The position numbers and the translations under genes were made by a program. 64,000 nt of DNA from an uncultured delta proteobacterium (GTDB lineage: Bacteria > Desulfobacterota > Binatia > UBA9968), in assembly GCA_963728565.1 (NCBI GenBank), contig CAVSLC010000028.1:64001-128000 (forward strand). The letters are read 5' to 3'. Below, one piece after another: positions 1 to 9,341 of the stretch (position 1 is the stretch's first letter; the number at the start of each line of letters is the position of its first letter). The notes under the pieces are model-generated. The model worked only from the letters and a program-made list of their open reading frames with translations, did no database searches and was not told where the DNA came from.

Positions 1-234
1 GCCCCCTTCCATGTACTCGACGACCACCGTCGGATTCCCGGGAATATATTTGCTCAGGTACGGAGTCATCGTCCGCAGACGCACCGCCGTTGCGCCCGCA
101 GCGTCGGTTCCAAGCACGACAGTGAGCGTCTTACCCTTGTAGAATTGCGCCTGGGCAAGCGCCGCCGTAGGTAAAAAAGCCAACAGTGCCAGCGATGCTG
201 CCAGAGCCAGTGCAGCATTCTTAGTACGTTTCAT
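1..234 (-). CDS. Bug/TctC-family tripartite tricarboxylate transporter substrate-binding protein, N-terminus (runs off window)
   Basis: Hand translation MKRTKNAALALAASLALL...AQFYKGKTLTVVLGTDAAG...YLSKYIPGNPTVVVEYMEGG; signal peptide; GGAGG RBS; resembles 15599 and 17954 paralogs. Confidence 0.85.
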   Translation of the reverse strand, partial: MKRTKNAALALAASLALLAFLPTAALAQAQFYKGKTLTVVLGTDAAGATAVRLRTMTPYLSKYIPGNPTVVVEYMEGG

Positions 235-324
235 TTAACGCCTCCTTGATAAATATTCGATCTTCACGCTGGGAACAATTAATTTAAGTCTTCATTCGGT
301 TATCCGAAGCCATGGATTTCGGCT

Positions 325-1292
325 GGGGCCAGGCTTTCTATTCTAGACAATCTTCCACGTATCCGGGTGCTTTGCTTTCTCCACTCTTCCTCCTCGGCAA
401 TGCGCTGCGAATACCGCAACGCTTGGCAACATCCTTGAGCTTATAACCCAGCCGCCGGATCAGGACGTAACCGACCAGCGCTCAATGCCGTGACATCTGC
501 CAACTCCGGTCCACTCCCGAAAGCACCTCCGGATCGACCTCAAGCGCTCGCGCAGCGTGCCGAAAGGCAATCATCGCTGTTTTCTTGGATCGCGCTGTTT
601 CCGGCTCCTCGTCCACTCGGGCTGTGAGCTTTTCAATAAACCGCTCTTCTCCCAACAACCGCTGGTCTTTTACGGCGTAATATCCCTGCCGATGCCCATC
701 CCGGAGGCCTTCCTGGATAATCGCTGGTACGATCGGCGCCCGCCCAGCATGTTCAGGACCCGGCTTGTCTGTAGCGCTTCACTGACTCGAACACCGCAGT
801 ACTCGGGATGGCCGCTGTACGCATAGTCATCGAGCCGTTGGACAAGCTTGGCTCTGATCGGATTCAGATGAATGTAGCGAACCAGAGTTAATAAATATTC
901 GTCTTTTTCACACACGATCGCTTTATAGCGGCCTTGAAAGAGATGCCCCATCTTGTGGTGCTTGCGGTTAAAGTACTGCGTATAGGATTGTTGCAGCCCC
1001 TGCATGATTTCGAGAGCGGCTCGGAGCCGGTCTCGAGCAGGAGGTCAACATGGTTCGACATCAAGCAATAGGCATAAACCGTCACGCCGAATCGTTTCCG
1101 ATAGCGCGCCAGTCTCTCCAGATAGGCCTCGTAGTCGCGACCATTTGAGAATATCTTCTGCCTATAGTTACCACGTACGATCACGCGATAGAGAATCCCC
1201 GAGGCAAACAATCGCGGCCGTCGCGCCATTCAATGCGTCTGTCAAACCTACCGCGCCGGCGTCGAGATTCACAAGACTTAAAAGCCTGACCC
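325..1292 (-). mobile_element. Decayed REP-associated tyrosine transposase (RAYT/Y1) element with short terminal inverted repeats
   Basis: GGGGCCAGGCTTT at 325-337 and AAAGCCTGACCC at 1281-1292 form inverted ends around the Y1 transposase fragments. Confidence 0.65.
340..1229 (-). pseudogene. RAYT (Y1_Tnp) transposase, frameshifted; 3' boundary approximate
   Basis: ORFs 888-1229 and 670-1005: MARRPR..VRGN..AYCLMSNHVDLL / YFNRKH..GHLFQGRYKAI..RYIHLNP; HUH motif reads NHVD. Confidence 0.85.
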
Positions 1293-1330
1293 GTACGGCC
1301 CACGCAGCGCTTCGTCGCAATCGTTTTCAG

Positions 1331-1405
1331 CCGTTCAACAGTTCAATCGTTCAACGAAAGAGAAAACCTCGACGTTTCCAGAACTTCCCGAAACTTCGAA
1401 ATGAG
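1331..1405 (+). repeat. GTTC(A/C)A tandem-unit intergenic repeat, copy A
   Basis: ccGTTCAAcaGTTCAAtcGTTCAAcg followed by tail acgtttccagaacttcccgaaacttcgaaatgag, similar to the tails of copies B and D. Confidence 0.65.
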
Positions 1406-1451
1406 ATGCCACGGCAGCTTTTAACTGTCAGATTTTCTGCAGTGAAATCTT

Positions 1452-1650
1452 TTAGGATGGGAAGTGCTCGACCATGACTTGAGGGACCTTGTTATAGTGC
1501 GCATATGTGGTGATTATCTGAAGACCATGTTCCATGGCGCTGGCGGCGATCCAAATATCGTTTGTCGGGATGGGGGTTTCCGCTTTCCAAAGGGAATTTA
1601 GAATAACCCCGTATCTTTCCGCGGTTTCTTCCGTCACGTCGACGTCTGCC
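1452..1650 (-). pseudogene. C-terminal remnant of PIN-domain (VapC) toxin
   Basis: DVTEETAERYGVILNSLWKAETPIPTNDIWIAASAMEHGLQIITTYAHY matches the VapC C-terminal half; no N-terminal half or antitoxin seen. Confidence 0.75.
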
Positions 1651-1853
1651 GGAATGGGAGTAATTCGAGCTGCTCCTTTCTCCAGGAGCGGACTCGCTCC
1701 TTGCATCTGGTTCTTGGGCGCCGCTCGCTTCCACCTTCTCACTGGGCGCATTGTTGACGGGCGAGCGGCGCTGTAATAGCTTCGGTGTGTAGCGCATTCT
1801 CGCCGGCCACCTGCTTGCCGGTAGCATACTGATTGTGCAAAAGAGGAGTTCTC

Positions 1854-2972
1854 ATGGCGATTATCGATTTGGATTCCCACTTTCGCGACGGCTGGCTGCT
1901 CGACGAGATTTATCAGTTGCCGGAGCCGTTTGCGCGCCACTCGCCGAGGCGCATCGGCGCGGGCAAATATTTTTATTCCAGGTTCGAGCACGACCTCTCT
2001 CCCATGGACGATCCCGTAGCCAATGCGAATTTCAAAAAACCGGTGACCCATCAGGTTTTTTATAACCCTGAAGCAAACCAGCGCGGCAACGAGGTCATGC
2101 GCTGGCAGCAGGGCGGCTACGACATGGAATACCGCCTGAAGGACAATGCCCGCGAGAACATCGACTTTCAATTGATCTTCCCTACCGGCATCGACATTCC
2201 GTCGCAGAATGCCGGCCCGCTCGGCGCGGCCGTATCGCGGTCATACAACGATTGGGCACATAAGCTCGTGGGCGGCTATCGCGATCGGCTCTCGCCCGTC
2301 GCCATGATGCCCGCCGGGTGTCCGGAAGAAATGGCCAACGAATTACGCCGTTGCGTCAAGGATTTGGGCTGCAAAGCCGCCCACCTTGTCAGTTACACCA
2401 AAGAGCGGCAGATGGATGATGCGGTTTTTTTCCCGTTCTATGAAGCGGCGCAGGAACTCGATATCCCGCTTTTCTGCCATCCGAGTACGCTCGGCGATGT
2501 CGGCACACTGATCAATCGTCAAAGTCATTTCTTTCCGATGCATATTCTCGGCCGGCCGCTCAACTGCGTCGCGCCGCTGGTGGCGATGGTTCTCGGCGGG
2601 ATTTTCGAAAAGTACCCGAAATTGAAAGTCGTCTTCTTCGAAGTGACCGCCGAATTCCTGGTGTTCTGGATGCACCGCATGGATGACGATTACGAAGTCA
2701 TCAAGGATGCCGGCATGTGCCCGCAGCTGAGCATGTTGCCGTCGGACTACGTCAGGCGGAACTGTTACGTTACCTGTGAAGCCGATGAGAAATGTCTGCC
2801 CTTGGCGTTGGCCGAGGTCGGCGACACCCACGTTCTGATGGCGACGGACTATCCCCACTTCGATTCGACCTTCCCCAAAACGGTAAGCGGTATTCGCGAG
2901 CGGCCGGATATTTCCCCGAAACAAAAGAAACTGATCCTCGAAGAGAACGCGCTCAATCTGATCCATATGTAG
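1854..2972 (+). CDS. Amidohydrolase_2 family metal-dependent hydrolase/decarboxylase
   Basis: IIDLDSHF, FCHP, FFEV and ATDYPHFD motifs; GAGGAG RBS before ATG 1854. Confidence 0.9.
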   Translation: MAIIDLDSHFRDGWLLDEIYQLPEPFARHSPRRIGAGKYFYSRFEHDLSPMDDPVANANFKKPVTHQVFYNPEANQRGNEVMRWQQGGYDMEYRLKDNARENIDFQLIFPTGIDIPSQNAGPLGAAVSRSYNDWAHKLVGGYRDRLSPVAMMPAGCPEEMANELRRCVKDLGCKAAHLVSYTKERQMDDAVFFPFYEAAQELDIPLFCHPSTLGDVGTLINRQSHFFPMHILGRPLNCVAPLVAMVLGGIFEKYPKLKVVFFEVTAEFLVFWMHRMDDDYEVIKDAGMCPQLSMLPSDYVRRNCYVTCEADEKCLPLALAEVGDTHVLMATDYPHFDSTFPKTVSGIRERPDISPKQKKLILEENALNLIHM

Positions 2973-3062
2973 GTCGATGAAACAATCCAAACCCCAGACC
3001 ATGAACGGCTACGAACATGGCTCGAGCTTCGGATTCGTGGTGAACTTCTCATCGGAGAGCTT

Positions 3063-4071
3063 GTGATGATTCGTCAATCGATTTTTGCCTTGTTCATTAG
3101 CCTGTCGATTTCGTTCAGCGCCGCAGCACAGGACGCCAAGCTCGTCGAGCAGGCCAAGAAGGAGGGCGGTAAACTGATCGTCTACGGCTCGTTGGAGTCA
3201 TTTACCGTCGAGCCCATTGCCGAAGCTTTTCAAAAGAAGACCGGCATCGCGGTGGAATACTGGCGCGCTTCAGCGACCAAGGTGATGGATCGGGCGCTGA
3301 GCGAATCGCGCGCCGGCAAGCCGCTCTTTGACGTGATGTTGAACAACAGCGGCGCGATGCACGTGCTCAAAAAGGAAGGTTTGTTTATCCCCTACAGTTC
3401 TGCGGCAACCGCGGCCTTCCCCAAAGAAATCACCGATCCGCAACTGGGCCCCATTTACCGCAATACTCCCATTGGTATCGTCTACAATACCGGCGCGATT
3501 AAACCCGCCGATGCGCCCAAGTCCCTCGAGGATCTGCTCAATCCTAAATACAAGGGCAAATTCGTCATGCCCGATCCGACGCAACACACAACGACCCTGC
3601 AGTGGCTCGCCAGTCTGTATAAAATAATGGGTAAAGAGAAGGCGGAAAAGTTCACCCGCGAGCTCGGCCGCCGCCAAGCCGCTTCTGGTGGAGTCGCTGG
3701 CGCCCGCGGCTGAACGGGTATCCACGGCGGAGACTCCCCTCGGCATCAGCTTGGTAAGATACGTGGTGACGTTTTCGGAGAAGGGCGCGCCGGTCGACTA
3801 CGTCAGGCTCGGCAAGATGCTGAGCCTGGGGCAATACATCGCGCTCAGCAGCAAGGCGTCACGACCTAACAGCGGCAAGGCGTTCATCGATTTTTTTCTC
3901 GGCGATGAGAGTATGCGCATGCTCGCCAAACAAGGGGAATTTGTAAATCGCAAAGGCATCTATCCTTCGCTGCCCGATGCGGACAAGATCCAAGCCGTGG
4001 AGATGGATGACTTCGATGCTCAGGGATTCAAGGAAAAAACCCAGGAGTACCAGAAGATTTTTCTCAAATAG
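3063..4071 (+). CDS. ABC transporter extracellular solute-binding protein (Fe3+/thiamine/AfuA-like), split by a frameshift near 3665-3690
   Basis: Signal peptide, AKKEGGKLIVYGS and YNT...DAPKSLEDLLNPKYKGK; second frame continues ..PNSGKAFIDFFL.. Confidence 0.85.
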
Positions 4072-4353
4072 CAAAAGGGCTAGCCCGGATTATTCATGTT
4101 CAGAGGACAACTACGACTCTGTGTCGATCGAAGGGCGAGCCTGGAGGAGTGAAGACATCCGGACGAACAGCTTCAATGAAGCCTTTGGTGCTTGATTCCC
4201 TACTCGCACTTTTCCTCAGGCGTCCGCTCCACAACTGAATTATGCAGGCCGCTCCAACGCACAGGCCCATTTGGCTTCGTTCAAGAGGGCTCGCCGTTCG
4301 ATCCACCGTCATCAGTGAATAATTCGAGCTAGATCGTTTTACGGAGAATGATC

Positions 4354-4723
4354 ATGAACGCACCTCTCAGAGTAAGCGGTATCGATCATGTGGTCTTTCA
4401 CGTCAAAGATCTCGCGCGCGCCAGAAAATTCTAACGTCGATTTCCTCGGACTGGAAATCGACCACGAGCGGGATTGGCAGTGCTTTCTCAACTGCGGCAA
4501 ACAGAGCATCGCACTCTTTGAAGTCGACGACGGCGAAGCAGTGCATGGCGGCAGCGAGGTCAATCCTATGGCGCTGCGGCTCGGCTCGGGCGAATATGAA
4601 CGGGTCAAGGCGACACTGGAGGGCGCCGCCATCGAAGTCCATGGACGCAAGAACGATCTGCATTGCATCTACTTCCACGATCCCGATGGCCATCAGCTGC
4701 AGTTCTTAATGCCCCACGAGTAA
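4354..4723 (+). CDS. VOC/glyoxalase family protein (one extra base near 4433)
   Basis: MNAPLRVSGIDHVVFHVKDLARARKF joins VDFLGLE...CIYFHDPDGHQLQF. Confidence 0.8.
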
Positions 4724-4737
4724 CCGGCGGCTCTTTG

Positions 4738-4876
4738 CCGGATCGAGCCGTTCCAATGGTTCCAATCGTTCCATCGCTTCGCTCCGTTCAAAACGTTCAA
4801 CCGGTCAAGTCGTTCATCGGTTCGATGTTCAACGTCGGAGGGGAACTTCCACGTTCGAGAATTCCGGAAGATGAGA
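4738..4876 (+). repeat. GTTC(A/C)A tandem-unit intergenic repeat, copy B
   Basis: ccggatcgagccGTTCCAatgGTTCCAatcGTTCCAtcgcttcgctccGTTCAAaacGTTCAA...; 54/60 identical to 6236-6295 by hand alignment. Confidence 0.8.
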
Positions 4877-5109
4877 TCTTCGGATCTACGTGCCAGATGA
4901 GGTACAAAGTCGCCTGGCAGCCACCGTTTTACTGGGTTGTAACAACTGTCGATGCTGTGCGATCGCCTGGCTCGCCTTGGATGAAGTGGTCAGCGTGAAC
5001 CGCCGCCGACTTTTACGTCGGCGATAAAGCGCGCGAGGTAGGAAGAGCGGATCACTGGAATCGAGAGCCTATCCGAAACGGTGAGCCCATTGTCCGGCTG
5101 ACCGGGCGA

Positions 5110-6015
5110 CTATTTTTTTTCCGGCGAGTAGTAGGTTTCCAGCAGGCGTCGGCTGATCGCCGACTCGCCACCCGGCAAAGCATCGAACTTTGTCGTACCG
5201 TCGGCTTTTTGCAGGATGGATTTTCCTTCGGGATCCTGATGCATCGACAGCAGAACCTTTTCCAAACCTTTGACCACCGACGATGCGAGATTTTTCCGAA
5301 CAGAAACAAGGTGGCGCGGCAAGCTAGCCGTTTCCCCCAAGATGGTGATCATCGATTTTTTACTTTGATCCAGTGCGGCATAATCATCGTTGCTGAACGC
5401 CCCGGCCGCGACCTTTTTGGTGAGAACCAGGTCCATGAGTTTGTCCTGAGAAGCAGCAAACACATAACCGATTTCGCCCGCAGCAACATTGGCGTCGGTT
5501 CTAGCGATCCGTGAAACCGTGAATCCCTTCCTCGTAAGAAGTAACTTCGGCAGGAAGTGGCCCGAGGTTGATTCCGGATCTTCAAAAGCGATGATCTTTC
5601 CTTTGAGGTCTTCAAGACGCTTAGTGTCACCGTCGGCCCTGGTGAAAATCAAGGCGTGGTAGTCGGCCATACCGCCTTTCCAACGCCTGAGAAGCAATTT
5701 TCCGGCGCCGTAAACGTGATTGATCGAATATGTCGGATAGGGACTCTCCATGTAAAAATCCGCCCTTCGTTCCGTGAGCATGCTTGCAAGCCGGGAATGC
5801 GTGGAAGCAATCATGACGTTGCTATCGATCTTCGATGAGGCGGACATTTTTCTTCCGACATAGCGCACGAAATCTCGAAAATGCGCCTCGACCTCCTTCT
5901 GATTTGTTTCCGCTATCATTCCTAGAGTAATCGTCTTTGCTTCCAATCCATGCTGCATCTGCGCCGACGCGCCCGAGCCCAGGATGAGCTCAAAAAAGAG
6001 AATGATAGATGCCAT
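5110..6015 (-). CDS. Phosphate/phosphite/phosphonate ABC substrate-binding protein (PhnD-like), orphan
   Basis: LEDLKGKIIAFEDPESTSGHFLP motif; no cognate permease or ATPase adjacent. Confidence 0.85.
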   Translation of the reverse strand: MASIILFFELILGSGASAQMQHGLEAKTITLGMIAETNQKEVEAHFRDFVRYVGRKMSASSKIDSNVMIASTHSRLASMLTERRADFYMESPYPTYSINHVYGAGKLLLRRWKGGMADYHALIFTRADGDTKRLEDLKGKIIAFEDPESTSGHFLPKLLLTRKGFTVSRIARTDANVAAGEIGYVFAASQDKLMDLVLTKKVAAGAFSNDDYAALDQSKKSMITILGETASLPRHLVSVRKNLASSVVKGLEKVLLSMHQDPEGKSILQKADGTTKFDALPGGESAISRRLLETYYSPEKK

Positions 6016-6159
6016 GCGCAGGCTAGCTGGGTATTTTGTTAACCATTATCGCCACGACCAGCGTTCTCGGCGTCAGGTATGATACAAACGCAAAGATCTT
6101 GCAAGAAAAAACACGGCGCATGCGCCTTTCTGGGTCGCGATCAGGGATGGAATAGAAGC

Positions 6160-6350
6160 GGTTCCAAAGATTTCACAGGTTCCAGGTGTTGCACATGTTA
6201 TAAATGTTTCCAATGTTCGAGCGCTGCGCTCTTCTCCGGATCGAGCCGTTCCCATGGTTCCAGTAATTCCATCGCTACGCTTCGTTCAAAACGTTGCAGA
6301 TCGGCCGTTCAATGTTCAACAATTCAATGGTTCGGCCTCCCGGAAACCTC
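6160..6350 (+). repeat. GTTC(A/C)A tandem-unit intergenic repeat, copy C
   Basis: Run of degenerate 8-9 bp GTT(C/T) units plus the 60-bp core shared with copy B. Confidence 0.8.
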
Positions 6351-6432
6351 ACGACAGGCTTCACTGGCGAACTCACTTCCAGCTGACAGTTCAGTCGATG
6401 CTTAGATAATCCAGCAAGACGCTAAACAACCG

Positions 6433-7270
6433 TCACTCCTCGACGGCGATGAAACGGCAGGGCGATGCGCCTCCTTGCTTGATTAAAAGAGGAAGAATGA
6501 TCATCTTCACCCGCGGCTTCGAGATCTTGTCGCAGTCGACCAGGCATTTGCAGCCGGCGATGGATTTTTTGATCAGCGCGCCGTAGCTACTCGGATGCGG
6601 GCTGCCATGCCGGTGAGCGCCTAGATCCAGTACGCGTTCCCGGGCTTCGGCCGAAGGCCATGGCTTGGGGTGCGGAACCATGGGACTCTCGCCGCGAAAC
6701 CAGTTGTTGCCCTGTACCCTGGGCGGATTTACCAGACCGCAATCCGTCATAAAAAACCCGCTGTCCATCTCGTCCATTTTCTTGGCCAATAACGATGCAG
6801 CGTCGAAATGGATGCTTGGAGTCCTTTTGTAGTAATCGATGCCAAGCTCGTAGGCGCGCTCGCGCGTGCCCCAACCTGTGCGAATCAGCACCTCGTCGCC
6901 TTTGCGGAAATCCGCGCCTTTGATCGCCTTGTCCATTTCCTCGACGGTAATCTCGTGCTGTTCAGGAACTCTGATGTCCAGGATCGCCGTGTCTCGAAGA
7001 ATAAGTCGATCGAGCGGAATCTGATCCAGTGTCCATGAAAACTTGGGGTCCGGTTGCAAAGGCGTCGGATCAAACGGCATACGCTGATGCGGGACCATGA
7101 AGGGACTGCCGGTTTCGCCATCGAGCTTCATTCGCGTCATCCTGAGACCGTGCTTGTCGTAATACATGTACTCCCAGAGCCGCACGGAGGAGTTCGTAAA
7201 CGGCAAAATTTCTCCGTAGCCCGCGCCTTCCCATATCGGCATGCGTTAAATCGATCATTTTCATGGTCAT
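6433..7270 (-). CDS. Cyclase (kynurenine formamidase-fold) family protein 1, lacking metal ligands; 1-nt indel near 7243
   Basis: MIDLT(M)PI start, TLDQIPLDRL, GDEVLIRTGWG, PLLIKQGGASPCRFIAV; ATG overlaps the upstream stop. Confidence 0.85.
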
Positions 7271-8034
7271 TCCTCCACGGCTACGACTCTGCAAGTCGAG
7301 CCTACGCCCCGGACAACGTTCAATGGCGACACGATCATCTTGATCCGCCGGCTTGTGATTTGGCCGCACCCGATAAGCTTGCGCACGGTCATGATGCCCA
7401 TTCGGGCAAATTCCATGTCTACGGCAAAATCCTTTTTAGCCTTCTCGCTGTCGTAGAGATGCAGATACATGCGCGCCTCAGGCGACTCGGCGGACGGCGG
7501 CGGCAGGATCGAGAACCATTCCGGAATGATATGGCTCTGCGGCAGCCCGAGCACTGCCGTGTCCACCAACAACAAATCATTGTCGTTGTCACGCATCGCT
7601 CGCGCCAGATATTGGGCGGCCTCGAGAGAGAAATGCGGGCTGCCAAGGACGTACTCGTTTCCCTCCGCCTGATGGTGCGGCTTGTCACCCCAACCGGTGA
7701 CAATCAGAAGCGCGTCCCCCTGCGCCGGAGTTGCGCTATCGAACGCCTGCTGCGCGTCCGACTTGTTTATTTCCTCTCCAGCGCCCTTGTTGATGTTGGC
7801 AATCGCCGCCGGCCGCAAGAAGAACTTCTCGACCGGCACCTGATCGAGCCGGGTAGTCTTGCGGAAATCGGCGAACAGCGCCGGCAATGCCAGGCTTGTT
7901 CCCGAATCGCTGCCCACGACCATGCCTTTTTCCTGGTGGTTCTTGGGCCCGAGAAAAAACTTGATCGCCGTCGGCAATCCCTCGTCGGGCATCCATCGAT
8001 GGTTCAACGGCATCGTCAGATCGACAAAATTCAT
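7267..8034 (-). CDS. Cyclase family protein 2, lacking metal ligands
   Basis: FVDLTMPL, RLDQVPVEKF, GDALLIVTGWG, PLNVVRGVGSTCRVVAV. Confidence 0.85.
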   Translation of the reverse strand: MNFVDLTMPLNHRWMPDEGLPTAIKFFLGPKNHQEKGMVVGSDSGTSLALPALFADFRKTTRLDQVPVEKFFLRPAAIANINKGAGEEINKSDAQQAFDSATPAQGDALLIVTGWGDKPHHQAEGNEYVLGSPHFSLEAAQYLARAMRDNDNDLLLVDTAVLGLPQSHIIPEWFSILPPPSAESPEARMYLHLYDSEKAKKDFAVDMEFARMGIMTVRKLIGCGQITSRRIKMIVSPLNVVRGVGSTCRVVAVEE

Positions 8035-8076
8035 ATTCCCCTCCACCTTTCTCGCGGCGCTGCTCCGGCAAATCCG

Positions 8077-9178
8077 TCACGCCGCCAACACTCTGATTCT
8101 ATCGGCCGGCATCTCCAGCCAAACGCTTTGTCCCTTGTCCAGCGGCGCAACGTATGGGTTGGTGTCGGCGCGCACATGATACTGACCGACATCGATGTCG
8201 TACTCGATGCGATTACCGGTAAACACAACCGTGCGCACCTGACCCGGCAGTACATTGACGGGCGACCCGCGGGCCGCTGTATGGATCGTTACCGCCTCGG
8301 GGCGAAACATGAGCGACACCCGTTGTCCTTGAACGATCCCGTTCGGTAATGCGCAGCGCAGCTTTCCCAGCGCGGTTTCCACGATTCCGCGCTCGCCGGC
8401 GGTCGCGTTATCTACGACCCGGCCCTCGAGCAGGTTGGTGGTGCCGACAAAGCCGGCGACGAATAGATTGGCCGGCTCCTTGTAGATGTCCATGGGCGGA
8501 CCGAGTTGTACCACCCGGCCGCCGTGCATCACCGCCATGCGGTGCGACAACACCAAGGCTTCCTCCTGATCATGAGTCACGTACAAGGCCGTCAGCTTCA
8601 ATCTCTCGAATAGACCGCGCAGCTCGTGACGCATCTCCACCCTGAAGCTTGGCGTCCAGATTACTTAACGGCTCATCCATCAGGAGCAGTTGCGGTTCGG
8701 CCACCAGGGCGCGCGCCACCGCCACACGCTGCTGCTGTCCGCCGCTCAACAAGGAGGAAGGCCGAGCTTCCAGATCATCGAGTTGAACCAGATGCAGAAT
8801 CTCCTTGACTCTCTTTTTGGTCTCGTTCCTGGGCAGCTTGCGCCGTCCGTGAACCAGCGGATAGCCGACATTCTGCGCAACGGTCATATGCGGCCACACG
8901 GCATAGGACTGAAACACCATGCCGATTTCGCGCTCGTGCACCGGCACCATGATGCCCTTCTTACTCGAAAACACCGGCTTGTCGTCGATCCAGATTTCTC
9001 CGGAATCCGGCGTTTCCAGTCCGGCGATACACCTGAGAGTAGTTGTCTTACCGCAGCCGGAGGGTCCCAGCAGCGAAAAGAATTCTCCGGTTTTGACCTC
9101 GAAGCTGACATCGTGCACGGCCTGCACCTGGCCATCACCCGTGACGAAAGTTCGGGTCAGTCCTTCTACCGTTAACAT
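8077..9178 (-). CDS. ABC transporter ATP-binding protein (FbpC/PotA-like, TOBE domain), frameshift near 8640
   Basis: GPSGCGKTT, LSGGQQQR, LLMDEPLSNLDAKL, YVTHDQEEA. Confidence 0.92.
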
Positions 9179-9197
9179 CGACGACGACCTGCCTTAG

Positions 9198-9341
9198 CAG
9201 CCTGCTGAAAAAGACCCATATGCTTCGTGCGCTCGATCACCTCACTCCGAGGTACTGTGAGTACGCCTTTGCTCGTCGAACTTCGCGCGCCTTGCCTTTG
9301 GATCCGTTTGAGCAGCCTGTAACAGAGTTTTCAGCTGCCTG
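9198..9341. mobile_element. ~144-bp MITE-like element with terminal inverted repeats and TTAG target duplication
   Basis: CAGCCTGCTGAAAA ... TTTTCAGCTGCCTG (12/14 match) flanked by TTAG at 9194-9197 and 9342-9345. Confidence 0.7.

Noticed and set aside
4738-6350. GTTC-starting repeats as a CRISPR array
   Set aside because: Units are 7-9 bp, degenerate and lack regular unique spacers; no cas genes in the window
7054-8349. 431-aa plus-strand ORF and many similar long antisense ORFs (e.g. 15830-16612, 18176-18976)
   Set aside because: Shadow frames opposite well-supported genes in GC-rich DNA, with no recognisable motifs
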